A stretch of DNA of 63,876 nt, counting the filler, from Hyphochytrium catenoides (Eukaryota > Protista > Hyphochytriomycota): the NCBI GenBank assembly GCA_900088475.1. It is 11 parts of 11 records of this genome, joined end to end, with 100 filler letters (N's around TTAATTAATTAA, not from the genome) between each part and the next. Parts side by side here need not be neighbours in the genome. Positions count along the whole stretch, not along the records: positions 1 to 7,149 come from FLMG01000686.1; positions 7,250 to 12,691 come from FLMG01004591.1; 9 more parts are not named here. One strand, 5' to 3'. The position numbers were made by a program, and so were the translations under genes. Each line of letters opens with the position of its first letter. Position 1 is the first letter of the stretch. The notes below the pieces were generated by a model. It made no database searches. It was not told where the DNA came from and worked only from the letters and a program-made list of their open reading frames with translations. Shown here one piece after another: positions 1-12,791 of the stretch.

Positions 1-1067
1 CCGCAGCGCTCGCACCTCCGCCCTGCATATTTGCAGGTCGTCCTTGGCAATGCCGAGGTCGCTGTCTCTTGCACGCAGCGTTCTGGTCAGCAGAGCAATC
101 TGCTCCGCAGTGCGAAGGTTGGCTTTATGCAGTTGTTCCTCTCTAAAGGATGCCGTGGTCCGGACGCCGTCCTTCTGGGCATGGGAAAGAATCCGCCAAG
201 CGTCAACCCTCCTGAGCTCTGCGGCTAGGTCCTCCTTTTCCTTCTTTAGAGCGGCGATTGTCTGCTGGAGCTCCGCTGGTGGGACAGATGAGGAAGACCA
301 AAGGACAAGGTTAGGTCCGGACCGGCCAAATGTCGGTCATGATATTCCTTGCCCCATCGTTACTTACGCTCCAGCTCTTACAGTCAGGTCTGTCCATCTC
401 TTCTTATTCCTCCCTCTTTCTCAGAAGATATCTTCTTGTCACATACCTTCACGCTTCTCCACCATACGCTCCGCCAGCTGGGACGCAAGGTTCAAGTTAC
501 TGTCCAGCCACTGCATGCACCTCGCTGCTTGTTCTTCACCATTATCTGCCTTCTTGGTGGTCGCTTCGGCTTCATCCAGGCAAACCGGGGATGCTACACG
601 GCTGATGGGGCTTAGAGGAACAGACATAGAAAAGGAGGCAGCCTCTGGAGAACCACCGCTACAGAGCCAACCATCTTCATTCTCTTCGTCGTGCTCTTCA
701 GTTTCCTCCCAGTCTCCGAAGACTCGAGCTGCTGGGCGTAGAAGAGCTAGGAAGGTGAGGACCAAAGAGGTGAGTCAGTAGAGCAGCAAATGGACCGAGA
801 GGGGACGATCGCCACCATGAAGAGTCAGACGGGAGCTTGGGATACGGAGAAGAGGAGCGAGGAGAGAGAACCAATGAGCACGGCAAGATGAGCACTGACA
901 GTACCTTCCATACTGCCATCAACGCCTTCCTGCTTGGCATCGCAAGACTCTTGAAGGGAGGCTTCCACAACCCAACCTGCGACCCTCCTGCTGTCCATCA
1001 CGCGGCGGTAGGCTCCCATCAGGGCCAAGACCAATAGTACGGACAAGACCACAAAGAACAGCACCAT
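1..1067 (-). CDS. Hypothetical protein with N-terminal TM/signal anchor and coiled coil (3 exons seen, runs off window)
   Basis: Exons 1067-905, 746-447 and 275-1 join in frame through GT..AG introns. Product: MVLFFVVLSVLLVLALMGAY (hydrophobic), an acidic linker, then AELQQTIAALKKEKEDLAAELRR...DDLQICRAEVRALR (heptad-like). Confidence 0.7.
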
Positions 1068-3319
1068 TGTTCCTAAAATCTTCTGACAAGTCTTTCTCTC
1101 AAACGCTGGTTTTGTTGCTCGTTCGCTCTAGGCACCAAGCAAGCACTTGAGCGAGACAAACAAGGCGTGGCGAGGCGTCAAACGACTGCGAGTCAGACTT
1201 TTGGACTGTGAGAAGATGTTCCCGTCGTGCCCTTCCGCTTGCCTTCGGTGGAGGAGCTCTGCTCTTATTAGTAGCAGGCCATTTTTTCGAGAAAGCGGGG
1301 AGAAGCAGTGTACTTTCTCCAGCCAGTGCTCCTTTCTGTTCACCTTCCCTCCTCTTCTGCCCTTCTCCTCTACCTCCTTCACCATCTTCTCTATCTCTTC
1401 TTCTCTTTTCTTTTCTATGCCCTTCGCTAACACAGATGCTGTCATGCACACTCTCTCTTTATAAGCTCGTGCCTGCTCTTCCTTGATCTTCCTTCGCCCT
1501 CGTCAACAAACCCACTGACATCGCAAACCCACAGCTCTCTCTCCTAGCCTCTGATACACCTACCCCTTTCATCTCCTTTCTTTGCCTAGTATGTCCTTTC
1601 GTATCTCTTGCAGCTTTCTCTGTCTCACCCCTTCTTCCTCGTCTCACTCTCTCTGTCTCTCGTCTCTCTCTCCGATGATCTCCTCTCTCCCCTCTCCTCT
1701 CGCCCTTCCTGCTTGCTGCAGAAGAGATCATCGTCATCTCTCAACCAACCTGTAGCTGGTAGAACGGTAGTCGTACAAGCAGCAGGACCGTAGGCCATAC
1801 TATGGGACGGGACGGACGCGGTGGGATCGTGGATTTGTTCGAAAGGATGTTCCTCNNNNNNNNNNNNNNNNNNNNNNNNNNNNNNNNNNNNNNNNNNNNN
1901 NNNNNNNNNNNNNNNNNNNNNNNGCTTCGCCCCTGTGGCCTCGTCTTCGCAATATCAAACTTGGTAAAACGGTATCTTCGATGAGCGGGTTCTCTCTCAG
2001 GAACTCCTAGTGGGAGACAGAGAGAGTGGAAGTAAGAGACAGAGAGAGAGAGAGACAGAGAGAGAGGGGGGAAGTAAGAGACAGAGAGAGAGAGAGACAG
2101 AGAAAGAGAGGGGAAGTAAGACAGAGAGAGAAAGAGAGGGAGAGAGAGNNNNNNNNNNNNNNNNNNNNNNNNNNNNNNNNNNNNNNNNNNNNAGAGAGAG
2201 TGAAAGAGAGAGAGAGAGAGGGGAAGTAAGAGAGAGAAAGAGAGAGAGAGAGAGAGAATGGCCAGCAGAATGCTAAACAGGCAGGGAATGATGATCATCG
2301 TATATCTTCTTTTGGAACTCCCTAGGTTAAGGCCTTGAGTCGGTCACTCTGTCTCCCACCTTCCCTCCTCGATATTCAAAATCATTTCTGGCGCCTTTTT
2401 CAACCACGACCTTTGGTGAAAATAGTAGGCACCACTATCAGATGGAAAGCCTAGGAGGATGGAGCTGAGACGGAAGTAGTAATACGAAGGCCGTGCCCTT
2501 CACTCCTTCCCTCCCTCCTGCCTTTCTCACTCCAACGCCTCCCGAAACTAGAGCATAGAGCCACTACTTTCGGATTTTGTATCTGTATTGACTCTGTCTC
2601 TTGCATTTGCATTCAGCGATTTTCCGACATGGCCATCTCACCCAACTCTGGCTCCAAATGAGACGCCAAAACAGAATAGCCCACATTGCCCCTATCCTTC
2701 TCACTGATCTCACCCGTTCTCGTCTGTCAAGCCAGAAAGTAGGTATCCTATTCACGAAATTAGTAGGCTCTCGGTTCAGTCTCACGATATTTACTGAGGA
2801 TGATCGCTTGGGATCCGAAATCCGTCACCCGCGCTGGGGAAGCTGAGGAAATAAATCTCTGGCTTTTCTGTTCTCTCTCTCACGGGAGCGCCGGGAGACG
2901 CTTGATACAGACACGGCCGGGCCATGGCACCGCGCCGCCCCCGCCGCCTCCTGCTGCTGCTGCGGCTGCTGCTGCGGCTGGCTTTACTATCCACCGCCGC
3001 CCGGCTGTCCGCCGCCGTGATCCCTGGATGTCAGGCTATCCGAGGGCTGCTCTCATGCCGTGATGCAAGATGGGTGATGCCCTAGAGCGAACCAGAGATG
3101 TTGGGCCTGTGGAGGCTAATGACTCCTACTAGCTGTAACTCAAGCTGCTTCCTCCTCTCGCCGCTGCTGGCTCCATAGGAAGAGCACAAGAGGAAGGTAG
3201 AGCTCGTCAAACACTTAGGAACGGAAGTTGAAGATCTTAGAAGCCATGGTCAAAGCAGATTCCTTGGAGTGTGATGTCGTTACTCTTTTCTTCTGCGCGG
3301 CGGCGGTCTCTTCTCAGGA

Positions 3320-4250
3320 TTGCACAGCAAAAAAAGAGAAGAGTATAACGACAATCAACTTGATAGAAGTAGATGGATAAAGAGACGCTGTGTGTTTAAC
3401 CAAGAACTTCCGAGGCCCTGCTGTGACAATGGCTTTGAAGGCGCTAGACAAGCTCTTCTTCCGCTTGTACGCCTTCTGCAAGCTAGCCATAGCGGCCAAG
3501 TAGCTGCTCAACTAAGCGCTCCGCCTCTTTCGCAACGTTGAGAGCCGGGCAGGGAAGGTGCTTCTGAGAGCTTCTTAACCTCAGTCTCCAGGGTCAGACA
3601 CAGCTGCTGTAGGTTGGTAGCAGTCACCTGCCATTGAATTTTTCGTTTGACCAAGGCGGCCAGAGCGAATGAAAGGCTTCAACGCGGCGACCACAACGAG
3701 GCACCCTCAGACGCAGATTGTTGACTGACAAACACTCTGGCTGCGTTGGTCAGGAAGGAAAAGAAGAAGAGTTGATGGCAGGAGACTGCTTCCAAACGGC
3801 ATGAAAGCCTTTTTTCGCCTCCTCCGAGTCCCTGCGCCTTTCTTTTCAATGCTCACACCTCCACCCTGCATGCTTTAAGGCTGTCCAAGGCGCTCTTCAG
3901 CTCGATTGAAGTTAGCTTTGTACATCTTTTCTCAGGAGGCTGACTTGGTCTGGACGTCCTTCTGCATCAGGAGCAGCCGGCTTTCTATGCCTTTGCCTTT
4001 ATCTTCTTCTTGCTCCTACGAACTTTCTTTGTTTGACTTCTTTCGTTGCTTCCTCTCCAGTTCTGTCCGTTGTTTCGACTGTGCTGTCATCCTCGACCTG
4101 GGCTGCTGACGCTTCAGCTTGCCCCGCTCTGTGCATTGAGCTTAGGCTGTCAAGCTTGAGCGTAACGGATTAAGACTTTCTCCCTCGTTTGTGGCTGCTC
4201 AACCTCTTTTTTCTGGAGGGAACGAACGAAGTTATTCTTCACCAACATAA
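3320..4250 (-). pseudogene. Decayed paralogue of the coiled-coil gene at 1-1067
   Basis: Minus strand reads QKDVQTKSAS*EKMYKAN and SALDSLKACRVEV*ALKRK, matching QKDGVRTTASFREEQLHKAN and IAKDDLQICRAEVRALR of the intact gene. It has several stops and frameshifts; outer limits are approximate. Confidence 0.6.
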
Positions 4251-6694
4251 CCCTGAGGTCGTCTGAGAGAGAACTAAAGACGCAGAGACAGAGAAGGAGA
4301 GCGGTGCGGCAGATTGAATGATAAAGACATCAAAGGGAACACTTGGAGCGGGAGAGAGAGAGAACGCGAGAGAGTTATTTATTAGGATCGAGAGGAGCGG
4401 GTGCCGCTATTTCATGAAGAGAACAGCAACAATGAGATTAGACAGAGGCAGAGCGAGCGCCAGAGAGAGAGAGTGAAAGAAGAGAGAGAGAGAAATCAGT
4501 GAGGGGAAGAAGAGCTCGCAGAACAGGCCAGAGATAACTCTGCTTTTTAGTCCCTATGTACCTCCCCCTCCAATCTCGTTCTCGTTGCGCGTAACTCCTG
4601 ATCTCCGCCGCTGCAATACTAGACGACTTCTTTCCTTTCTTCTTCTGTCTCTTGCCCTCAGCTGGAGGAATCGCTCCGTTAACCTTTTCCTTGGACGAAT
4701 TCAAGACAGAAAACTCGCCCTCGTCTTCAAGGATGAGATTGAGGTGGCGTCCTCACAGCAGCCTGGGCTTGATATTTAATACAATGCAGCGCCAGGGGCC
4801 CCAGCTTTGCCATAAACCTCAATATCCCTCAATGGTCGCAAGAGTAGAGCGCACCTGAAGCAAAGTGGTGAAGGGTCTGGGCCGCTCCGTGAGCTCTGCT
4901 TTGGATTGGATGTGCGCTGTCCCTGCTGCGGCAATTGAAGAGCCGTACCAAGCTGGACATGATAGTGGAATAAGGGGAAGGCATGCTCCTGTTTGCTTCT
5001 GTTCGCTTCTTCTTCGCCGCCTGTCCGTGCCCGTCCTGCTGAACCAGTCACAGCTGGCCATTGCTTTCTACAGGTAGCAAGCACGAAAGTCCTACCACTC
5101 TTCATCGGGCAGCAGAGCCGCGAGCGTCGGCGCGGCCGACCTCCCTCCATTTTTTACAAGCCGTTCTTAGCGCGCTCCGCTCCCAAGAAGTCAGACGGGG
5201 CACATTTAAACGCCTTTACATTGCCGGCACAGAATAGCACCAGGTCTGTCTCTTCATGGGATTACATTCCTCCCCAAGCACACGGCCTTTCACTAGACTC
5301 GTAAGATCTGTTCACTCACTGACTAAAGTGGATGAGGGTGAGGGGAGTTGGCTTTGTAGTACCATGGGGTTGGGGACTCAGCGCACAACTGAGACGGGCT
5401 TGGTAGGCATCATCGTGTCAGTCATGCGAAACCAAGAAGGCACCTGGTACAAGTGCATTCTCTTTGTTAGTATGGGTGCTGCTTTCGTCCTCAAGGTTCC
5501 GAAGTGGCGTCCCTTAAGCCACAGCAGGCACAATTCCTCTTGCATGCAAGGTCTAGGTGCCTAGGGACTGAAGCCTGTGCTAAGGCGACACTTGCGCATT
5601 GAGACACCTAGACCTCGACATCTACTAAATGCAGTTGTTCTTCTTCTCACCTCTCCTCGCCACCAGGACATGAAGCCTCTTTGTCCACCTGCTTCGAGCC
5701 TTGCGGCTGAGTTCCGCGGCCAAAGGGTAGTGCTGAGCCAGCGACATCTTCACTATCGGATCAGATACTACTCTTCTACTTGCTAGACACGTGTTCGTAT
5801 CGTTCAGCCCGTACTGCTTCTGGTCCCACGTCTTTTGTGTTGTTGACCTTAGCGTCGATGAAGGTCCTCAGATCTTTCTGGACATCTTGGGGGTCTTTTA
5901 ACTGATAGGTGACCCTCCAGAGTACCACGTGCTCTATCTGAAGATATCTTAAAGGACTCTTCGTGGGGTTCAGGACTAGCGAGGTGGCGCGTTGTCTTTG
6001 CTTGGTCTGAAAGTACCAAGGTTGACGAGGGAGAGGATAGAGAGAGAGACTATCGTGCAAGAGTTTTAATAACGGACTGAAGGGCTGCTCTCTATTAGTT
6101 CACCGCCAGAGATCGCTGCAAAGGACGAATGTAGAGGGAGAGTCTGCACTATCTACGGCAATGAGCAGACGAATGCAGGAGTTCGAGCGCCAACTCGTCT
6201 TAGCTGCACGACTATAGACCCAACCGCATGCTACTCTAAGATATGTACTGGGTTGCCGTGACCTCAACAACTTCGCCCCAAGAGTGTGCTATTTATCAGC
6301 TAGAAGGGAGATCCGTTCTTCCAGAGCGTCTTCGAAGATCTACCTCTTGGGCAATGCAAGTGCAGCGTTGTGGGCGTCAGTGGGTCCTCCCAGGAATAGT
6401 ACTCCCAATTGGGTTCCTCTTTTTAGCGCGCTCTTCGTCAAAGTCCTATTCCTTAGTCCACAGACTGTCTGTTAGCTCTTCTGTCTCTTCTGGAGCCGGC
6501 GAAGCGCGAAGATAGAAATGGCCAGGTGTAACAGAAGGAAGGAAAGTGCCAAAAACTCATTCTCCCTGCGTCGCCGCACCGCTAAGATATGTTGGCTCCT
6601 CTGTCTTTCTTTCCTCAGTATTTTGCTCCTCAATGAGCTGTTTCCTTGGCTCCTCCTTACTCAATCTCAGCTTCTGTTGATCCTATACTATGGC

Positions 6695-7149
6695 CTAGGA
6701 GGCGACCCCATCCAAAGACTGGCTGTCAGCTGCTTCATAAAAGAGCATGTACGCCTGAGATTTCAATACTTCCTCCGCCTCCACCTCCACAACCGACTCA
6801 TCTGACGCCTTAAACCAGACATTTGGGTCCACAGGAGAGCGGAGGAGAGCATAATAGTGACCGCCGTGCATGTTTCCTCTGTGAACGATGACGCAATATA
6901 GACAGTAGCGCCGTGGTCCGACAACTGCGACTTCGTTAGCTAAAGCAAAGGTAGAGAAAGCGGTGAACAGGAGGTTAAAACCTTCAAGTCGTCTGAGGAA
7001 CGATAAGCAAAGACGGAGCTAGACGGATGACAGATCACACATCCTTCTGCGTACCTAGGTACGTACCCTGTAAGAGGTGTGACGGGACCTCTAAGGATAA
7101 GGGAAAGGAGACGTGGGACGTGACCTTCTTCAATCGCTGTAGGCGCTGC
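6695..7149 (-). CDS. Ubiquitin-specific protease (USP, peptidase C19), last two catalytic-domain exons, 5' truncated by spacer
   Basis: Exon 7149-7067 reads QRLKKVTSHVSFPLSLEV. Exon 6939-6695 reads RYCLYCVIVHRGNMHGGHYYALLRSPVDPNVWFKASDESVVEVEAEEVLKSQAYMLFYE, the classic His box plus the AYMLFY motif. Not present in the ORF track. Confidence 0.9.
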
Positions 7150-7249
7150 NNNNNNNNNNNNNNNNNNNNNNNNNNNNNNNNNNNNNNNNNNNNTTAATTA
7201 ATTAANNNNNNNNNNNNNNNNNNNNNNNNNNNNNNNNNNNNNNNNNNNN
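7150..7249. other. Artificial contig spacer (N-run, TTAATTAATTAA six-frame stop, N-run)
   Basis: The same ~100-nt spacer recurs near 12692, 17580, 26063, 32832, 38503, 55847, 56969, 61056 and 62286. Confidence 0.97.
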
Positions 7250-10200
7250 TCTGACGAAGGATGCTCTCTTCCTTTTCCCTTTCTTCTCTCTTTCTCTGTG
7301 CATGTTATTAGAATAGCCTGTTGACACTACTTCTCTTGCATGTTACTCTTTTTATCTCTGCATTCTGAGGTAGACTGACTCTCTCGCAAGGGAGACTCCC
7401 TCTTACCCTCTATATGCCAGTTAATAAACTTCTTTCTGAATGAAGTAGAAAACCCTTTGCTACTTCCTGCTGCGTGTGTTCCCGCGAAGTCTTCCTCTGC
7501 GTGGTGCTTTCCTGAACTGCGGCCTGGCCAGCCAAGGTACAGACAGAGCACCTTCTCTCTCTCACTCTCGCGAGATCTGCATCAGATTCTCATATTACAC
7601 CTTTGATGCGTTAGGAAGTGTCCAAGCACGGAAAGAGCACCATTGCTCCTGGCAATAATTATTCATCCTACAAGAAGTCAACGGAAAAGAAGAAGAGAAG
7701 AGTACGTACTAGTGCCGCCGCGGACACCACCTACATAAATAACAACTTCTCTTCTCTGATCGCCGGAGCGAGACCAATAAAATGACCAGAGACTGGTGGT
7801 GGGACCTTCACGACAGGAGGACGCGTAGTTGTTATCTTTTTCGTATTCGCCTGTTGGCTCGCAGTGATGAAGAGAAGAACGACGTTCGTCAGTGGAAGTG
7901 TCCGACTTCGACGATTTAGTAAAATTTGAAGGGTACTGCCCAACAGAGAACAACAGCTGCTCAGAGAAGCCTGGGGGATAACTGTAGAACGAAGGCAATT
8001 CTCTTTATCTGGGAGGAGGATGAATGGACTAATAACGGAGTGGAACAAGAAGAGCATAGCAACCAGTAGTCGGATAAGGAACGACCTATTATTGCTGTTA
8101 TTGGCGATATTCGTAAGAAAGCTATTGCTTGATTGGTGGTCCCCAGAAGAGAGCATTTATCTCGTCCTTTCTATTGTCGATGATAAACGGCGGAGAACGG
8201 ACCCATTGGCCAGGTCAAACCAGGCACTGGTGTCGTCATCCCTTCCTCCTCCTCCTCTTCTAATCTCCGGCAAGCCTTCTTCATCTTCTTCTCACCGATC
8301 CCTAGAACTTTTGCCTCCTTTCTTCTACGAAGACTCTAAAAGGCGAGGAAATGATGATATGCGCTGTAATCATCACTTTTTGCTGAACAAGAGCTCTTGT
8401 GTATCGAGGAATGTGTTCAAGATGAGTACAGCTTCTTCCAAACTCGCGACACGATGGTGGGTAGTCCTGATTGAGAGCCCACTCTAGGCCAAGGTTTGGC
8501 TTCCAGTGCTTGCGAACAAGGCTGCTCATGGTGGTCACTAGTCCTATACTCTTATCTTTCCTGGTCGCTCTCTTCTTCTTCTTCAACCTAAATGATTATA
8601 GTAGTCCTACTTCTTTTTTTTCTCTTCTTCTACTTTCGTCCATGAGGCCAAGCTGTCCTTGCTAATAAAGGATATGTAACCAATAAAGCTCAACCTAGGA
8701 AAACGTCCTCAGGATTAACTTTGCACAATCTTCCTCTGGATGAAAACTTCCGTCGGAGCTGACGTGCGTCGAGCCGAAGCGAAGATTTAGCTAGAGCTAA
8801 CTCCGTTCATTCCTTTCTTTCAAATTAACAACAGGCGCTGCGAACCTGCATACAGGCAATAAAAAGTCACTAGTAGCAATACGGCGGGAAAGTCCCTGCG
8901 ACTTTGGGGATCAACCAGCAAAAACTGGAAAATTGTATTTGTCAATATACCTGCAGGATGACATAGGGGTTAATAATTAGTCTCGAGGAAAGCAGGAGGC
9001 CTAAATATATGTCGCGCATACTCTCATAAACTGCTGGGGTATCGCTGCTGAAGTCGATGTGGTTTCTCAGCAGAGTTCGTATTCTGTTTGTCCTCTGGGA
9101 GTACCATTGCTTCTTCTCTCAATATAACTCGCTGAGGGCCAGTAAGCTTTTTTATATCGTTTTGAAGGACAAAAGTCAACACCAAGCTTGAAGGACAAGA
9201 GTGAAGCGAATCCTCTATGATGACGAACTAAGATGACAATAAGAAACAATTGGTGCTGATAAGAATCCTCCATAGTTCTTACTTCGCGCTTAACATAAGC
9301 AATCGAACAATCCGGAGCAGACTGGAGAACTAGAAAAGATGATCACAAGGCTAACGAAACGACATCAGCGACCTCGTCGATGTTCATGTTCGTCAACCAA
9401 TCTGTGTTATTGTGGAAATCTAAGATTCAAATATTCCTTTTCTAGCAGGTCTACAGCTTGCGGCAAGAAGGTGTTGAAGGAGGTTTGGCCTTGACCCTCA
9501 CTCAAGGAAATTATTGGACCAACGGGAAGATGCCGTCGGAGTTTGACGGCCTTTCCCATCAACGCATATTGCGTTGCTACCAAATCGAGCGGGTAACGCC
9601 TTAGGAGTAACGCAAGACTTGTGACAGAACCCATTTTTGCCGGACCGCTTATCCCTTATCATGCTACCTTTCGGGCCGTTATGGCCGATCGAGATTTCGG
9701 AGACTTGTCAGAGCTCAGAGCCGGCCGCAAGTCACTCATTCGGGGGATTGGTAGATTCCTTCTGGCAATAAACCTAGACTACTTTGAGCATTCATACCTG
9801 AAAGGTTTGTGGATGACTGACTGCACATATCTTTTCACTCACATGGCAAAATGAGACTGATGAAATAGGGGGAAAAGACACCACAACAGTCCGAGCACAA
9901 TAATCGGGCCACTTTGGAGAAGGATTAGATATGTGGGGGCCTAATAATTCTTTTCTATTGTCATGTCACAAACCAGGTGAGAGCAAAATAAAAGTGAAGA
10001 CGCCAACTAGGATAGCTGGAGCTAGACCCGGCTAGGGAGCAACAACACCATTGCATTGGGGGACAAGATCCGTCCCACCTTCCGAAATGCCGATAACCCT
10101 GACGCCTATTAATTTTCTTTTTCAATGCCTCTTCGGCGAACGGAGAATATTTCCCGCATACATCGCATATTTCGGACAGTTGGAGTGAAGAGTCGAAGCT

Positions 10201-10295
10201 GGACTTCAACAGCCATTGCCTAATTGTTTCCTTTTTTCTGTCAGGTCTGCCCAGGCGGAGTGATTCGTCCCTCCCTCCTTTGCAATATCATACAA

Positions 10296-10735
10296 GTCTC
10301 AAGGGCGAACTGACTACCAAGTATGGAGTGTTAACATGATGGGAGCCTATCTGATGAGCTGGGTCTGCTAAATCATAACGAGTATCCGAAACCTTCTGGA
10401 GCCTCTACGGCGACGTCGAAAAGACTTCTACGACGAGCCCCCAGAATGCTTAAAACGAGCACAAGAAGACCAAGGGCCGAAAAGCAGTCTCAACTGGCTT
10501 AGGGATGACAAGAAGGCTTACAACAAGATTGTTCTAGCTGTGTGCGCTTCCAAGCTAGGAAGAGACTGCGAGAGAGCCATGGGTGAAGTTGCTTGGGGGA
10601 AGTTGCAAGAGGAGTTCGAGAGTCGCAATATCAAGAATATTGTGACAGCCCTCATCTTTTCCCTTACAAACAAACATTTAGAGATGGGGAAGATCTCAGA
10701 ACCTTCCTGCTGAATGAACAACGCAGACCGACAGA
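10296..10735 (+). mobile_element. Degenerate Ty1/Copia gag remnant
   Basis: Frameshifted reading QGRTDYQVWSVNMMGAYLM(S/LGLL)...WLRDDKKAYNKIVLAV...AWGKLQEEFESRNIKNIVTAL...KQTFRDGEDLRTFL follows the Copia gag N-terminal/UBN2 pattern (Y..W...M..YL, D.KA...I.L, AW..L...FE). No LTR or pol found. Confidence 0.6.
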
Positions 10736-12791
10736 ACTGCTCACAGAGCTGATGATAGCGAGAAGTTCAGCGACAAGTTCTTCATTATTGCACCTATCCG
10801 ATCGGGTAATCAGTCATCCCGAGGTATAATAGTTGAAGCAATTCCGATTCCCGGTGCTGGCACTCTCACTGCTTGATCAAGCGGAAAAGGTTTCATCATT
10901 GATATTAATCGACGTACAGCGTAGCTGCAGCTGCCCAGCAGGAGTCTAACGCTGCCCGGGAGGTTATCACACCACCGAACATCCGGATTCGCAATAACGA
11001 GACGCTGAATAGGGAATGCCCAATCCTTGCACCCAATGAAAGCCCAATCTTTCCACCCTACAGTTGGGAATTGGACGTAAATAATCATCGTCGAAGAGTA
11101 GGGTGGACTCGCGCTCTAAGCGCAATATAGTCCGCCAATAACCGCGATATCTGCAGCGGGTTTTGCGGCCTTTATTTACGCCCTGGACGCAAATCAGCGT
11201 GAGGAGCTAATCAACTCTCTGGTACGTACTGTTGCCTATTATAGTACCTCGTCTTCTCCTTATGTTGATGCAAACGCAGACAGGGCCAGTATAACGTCAC
11301 AACCAAAAGTAACTTCCACAGAGCAGCAATGCTACACGCTGAATCGTCGATAGTGGTGCAAGAGATCATATCACGCGACCCGCCGCTTTTTCAGGATTAC
11401 AATTCTTACACCCAATATATCTTCTCACGGCTGAATATAGAGGCGTTAAAGCTATCAGACAAGGAGCAATCAAGCTTTCTGCCACTTCGTGAACCAACCC
11501 AAGTGAAAGTGTAACGCTTTTAACACTATCTGTTACTGGATGCTATTCTCAAAAGGTACTACATACTCTTTATCCAGGATGAAAGGATCTACTACTATCT
11601 ACCGCCTTAACCTCTACCTCAACTACTCTCGCTGTATATTCAATGGAGCTAATTGTCACAGGCAGATGTTTCTGTGTGGTACTTTATTTAGACGTCTAGG
11701 AGGCCGTCCGCCTAAGTTTCAACGAAACTAGCAAAGTTTCATCCGATTGTCCCACTTTTGGGGATGGGACATTTTACATCATAACCCTTGATTGATGGGG
11801 GCTTATAACCGTCATAGATATAACCCTTGCCAGGTTTGCCCATACATAAGTTGGCGATGCTGCTCGGCGGCCAGATGTGTCAATGAATCTATGGCTATCA
11901 ATACAGCAGGCAAGCCTGAGGGCTCGCCATTTTAGATAGGGGTAATCCAGCCTTGACCGGCAGGATTATTGTACGAGTACACTGTACTTTACTTGCTCAA
12001 GCAGGATTAGATCATAGTACTCCGTTATTATTAGCATCTTAGCAAATTGAGATTTGATGAATAATAACCGAGTATATTTGTTTTTTATTTGGAATAGTAA
12101 CCGGGTAAATTTGTTTTGTAACAATAGCCGGTAGGTCTAATAACAGCTATATAAATACAACTACAACAGGGAGGATTTGGTTCCTCAGTATAGTAATGGG
12201 GATAGGAAAAAGCTGAACAACGACTACAGAGTACAGTGTCAAAAAGTGTTATAATGTATGGGATTTGAAGACACTCTTATTTAGGTTTATGTGGTCTACT
12301 GATATGCTCGAAGTGAGTATGANNNNNNNNNNNNNNNNNNNNNNNNNNNNNNNNNNNNNNNNNNNNNNNNNNNNNNNNNNNNNNNNNNNNNNNNNNNNNN
12401 NNNNNNNNNNNNNNNNNNNNNNNNNNTTTTGAGAATGAACTAATGAACCCAAGACGAACAATATGCTTTCGATGGATTGATTATTTGGTGATTACAAAAA
12501 CTGACCAATCACAGAATTACGACGTTTGCATTTGTTTTCAAAGTCCTTTTGGCTTCTTTTTACCCCCCTTTCATGTTCCTACTTATGTAAGCACTTTCGT
12601 TTATTCGAACAGAGAATGCTTTGTTGAGTGCTGCTATGTTCGTTGTCAGTAGTCACTCTCTATACACACCTAGCTCTCAGGGACATAGACGNNNNNNNNN
12701 NNNNNNNNNNNNNNNNNNNNNNNNNNNNNNNNNNNTTAATTAATTAANNNNNNNNNNNNNNNNNNNNNNNNNNNNNNNNNNNNNNNNNNNN

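Noticed and set aside
44-781. 245-aa plus-strand ORF
   Set aside because: It is the antisense shadow of the spliced minus-strand coiled-coil gene.
6377-6697. Genome-wide TAG or TGA reassignment suggested by many in-frame stops
   Set aside because: ATG9, eIF2-beta and the dehydrogenase have no internal stops. TAG ends RRP17 and the Stum-like gene, and TGA ends eIF2-beta and the -AKL protein, all at sensible positions.
7194-7205. Recurrent palindromic TTAATTAATTAA motif
   Set aside because: Always centred in a fixed-length N-run, so it is an assembly spacer. ORF-track endings such as ...XXXLIN are artefacts of it.
10810-10925. LYVD*...YLGM reading resembling Copia reverse transcriptase
   Set aside because: It is on the opposite strand to the gag relic, the spacing is too short, there are four stops in ~30 codons, and no other RT motifs are present.
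11699-11771. Hairpin plus CTAG resembling a Helitron 3' end, and a TGTCCCA/TGGGACA inverted repeat
   Set aside because: The stems are short, CTAG is not followed by T, and there is no RepHel sequence or second copy in the window.
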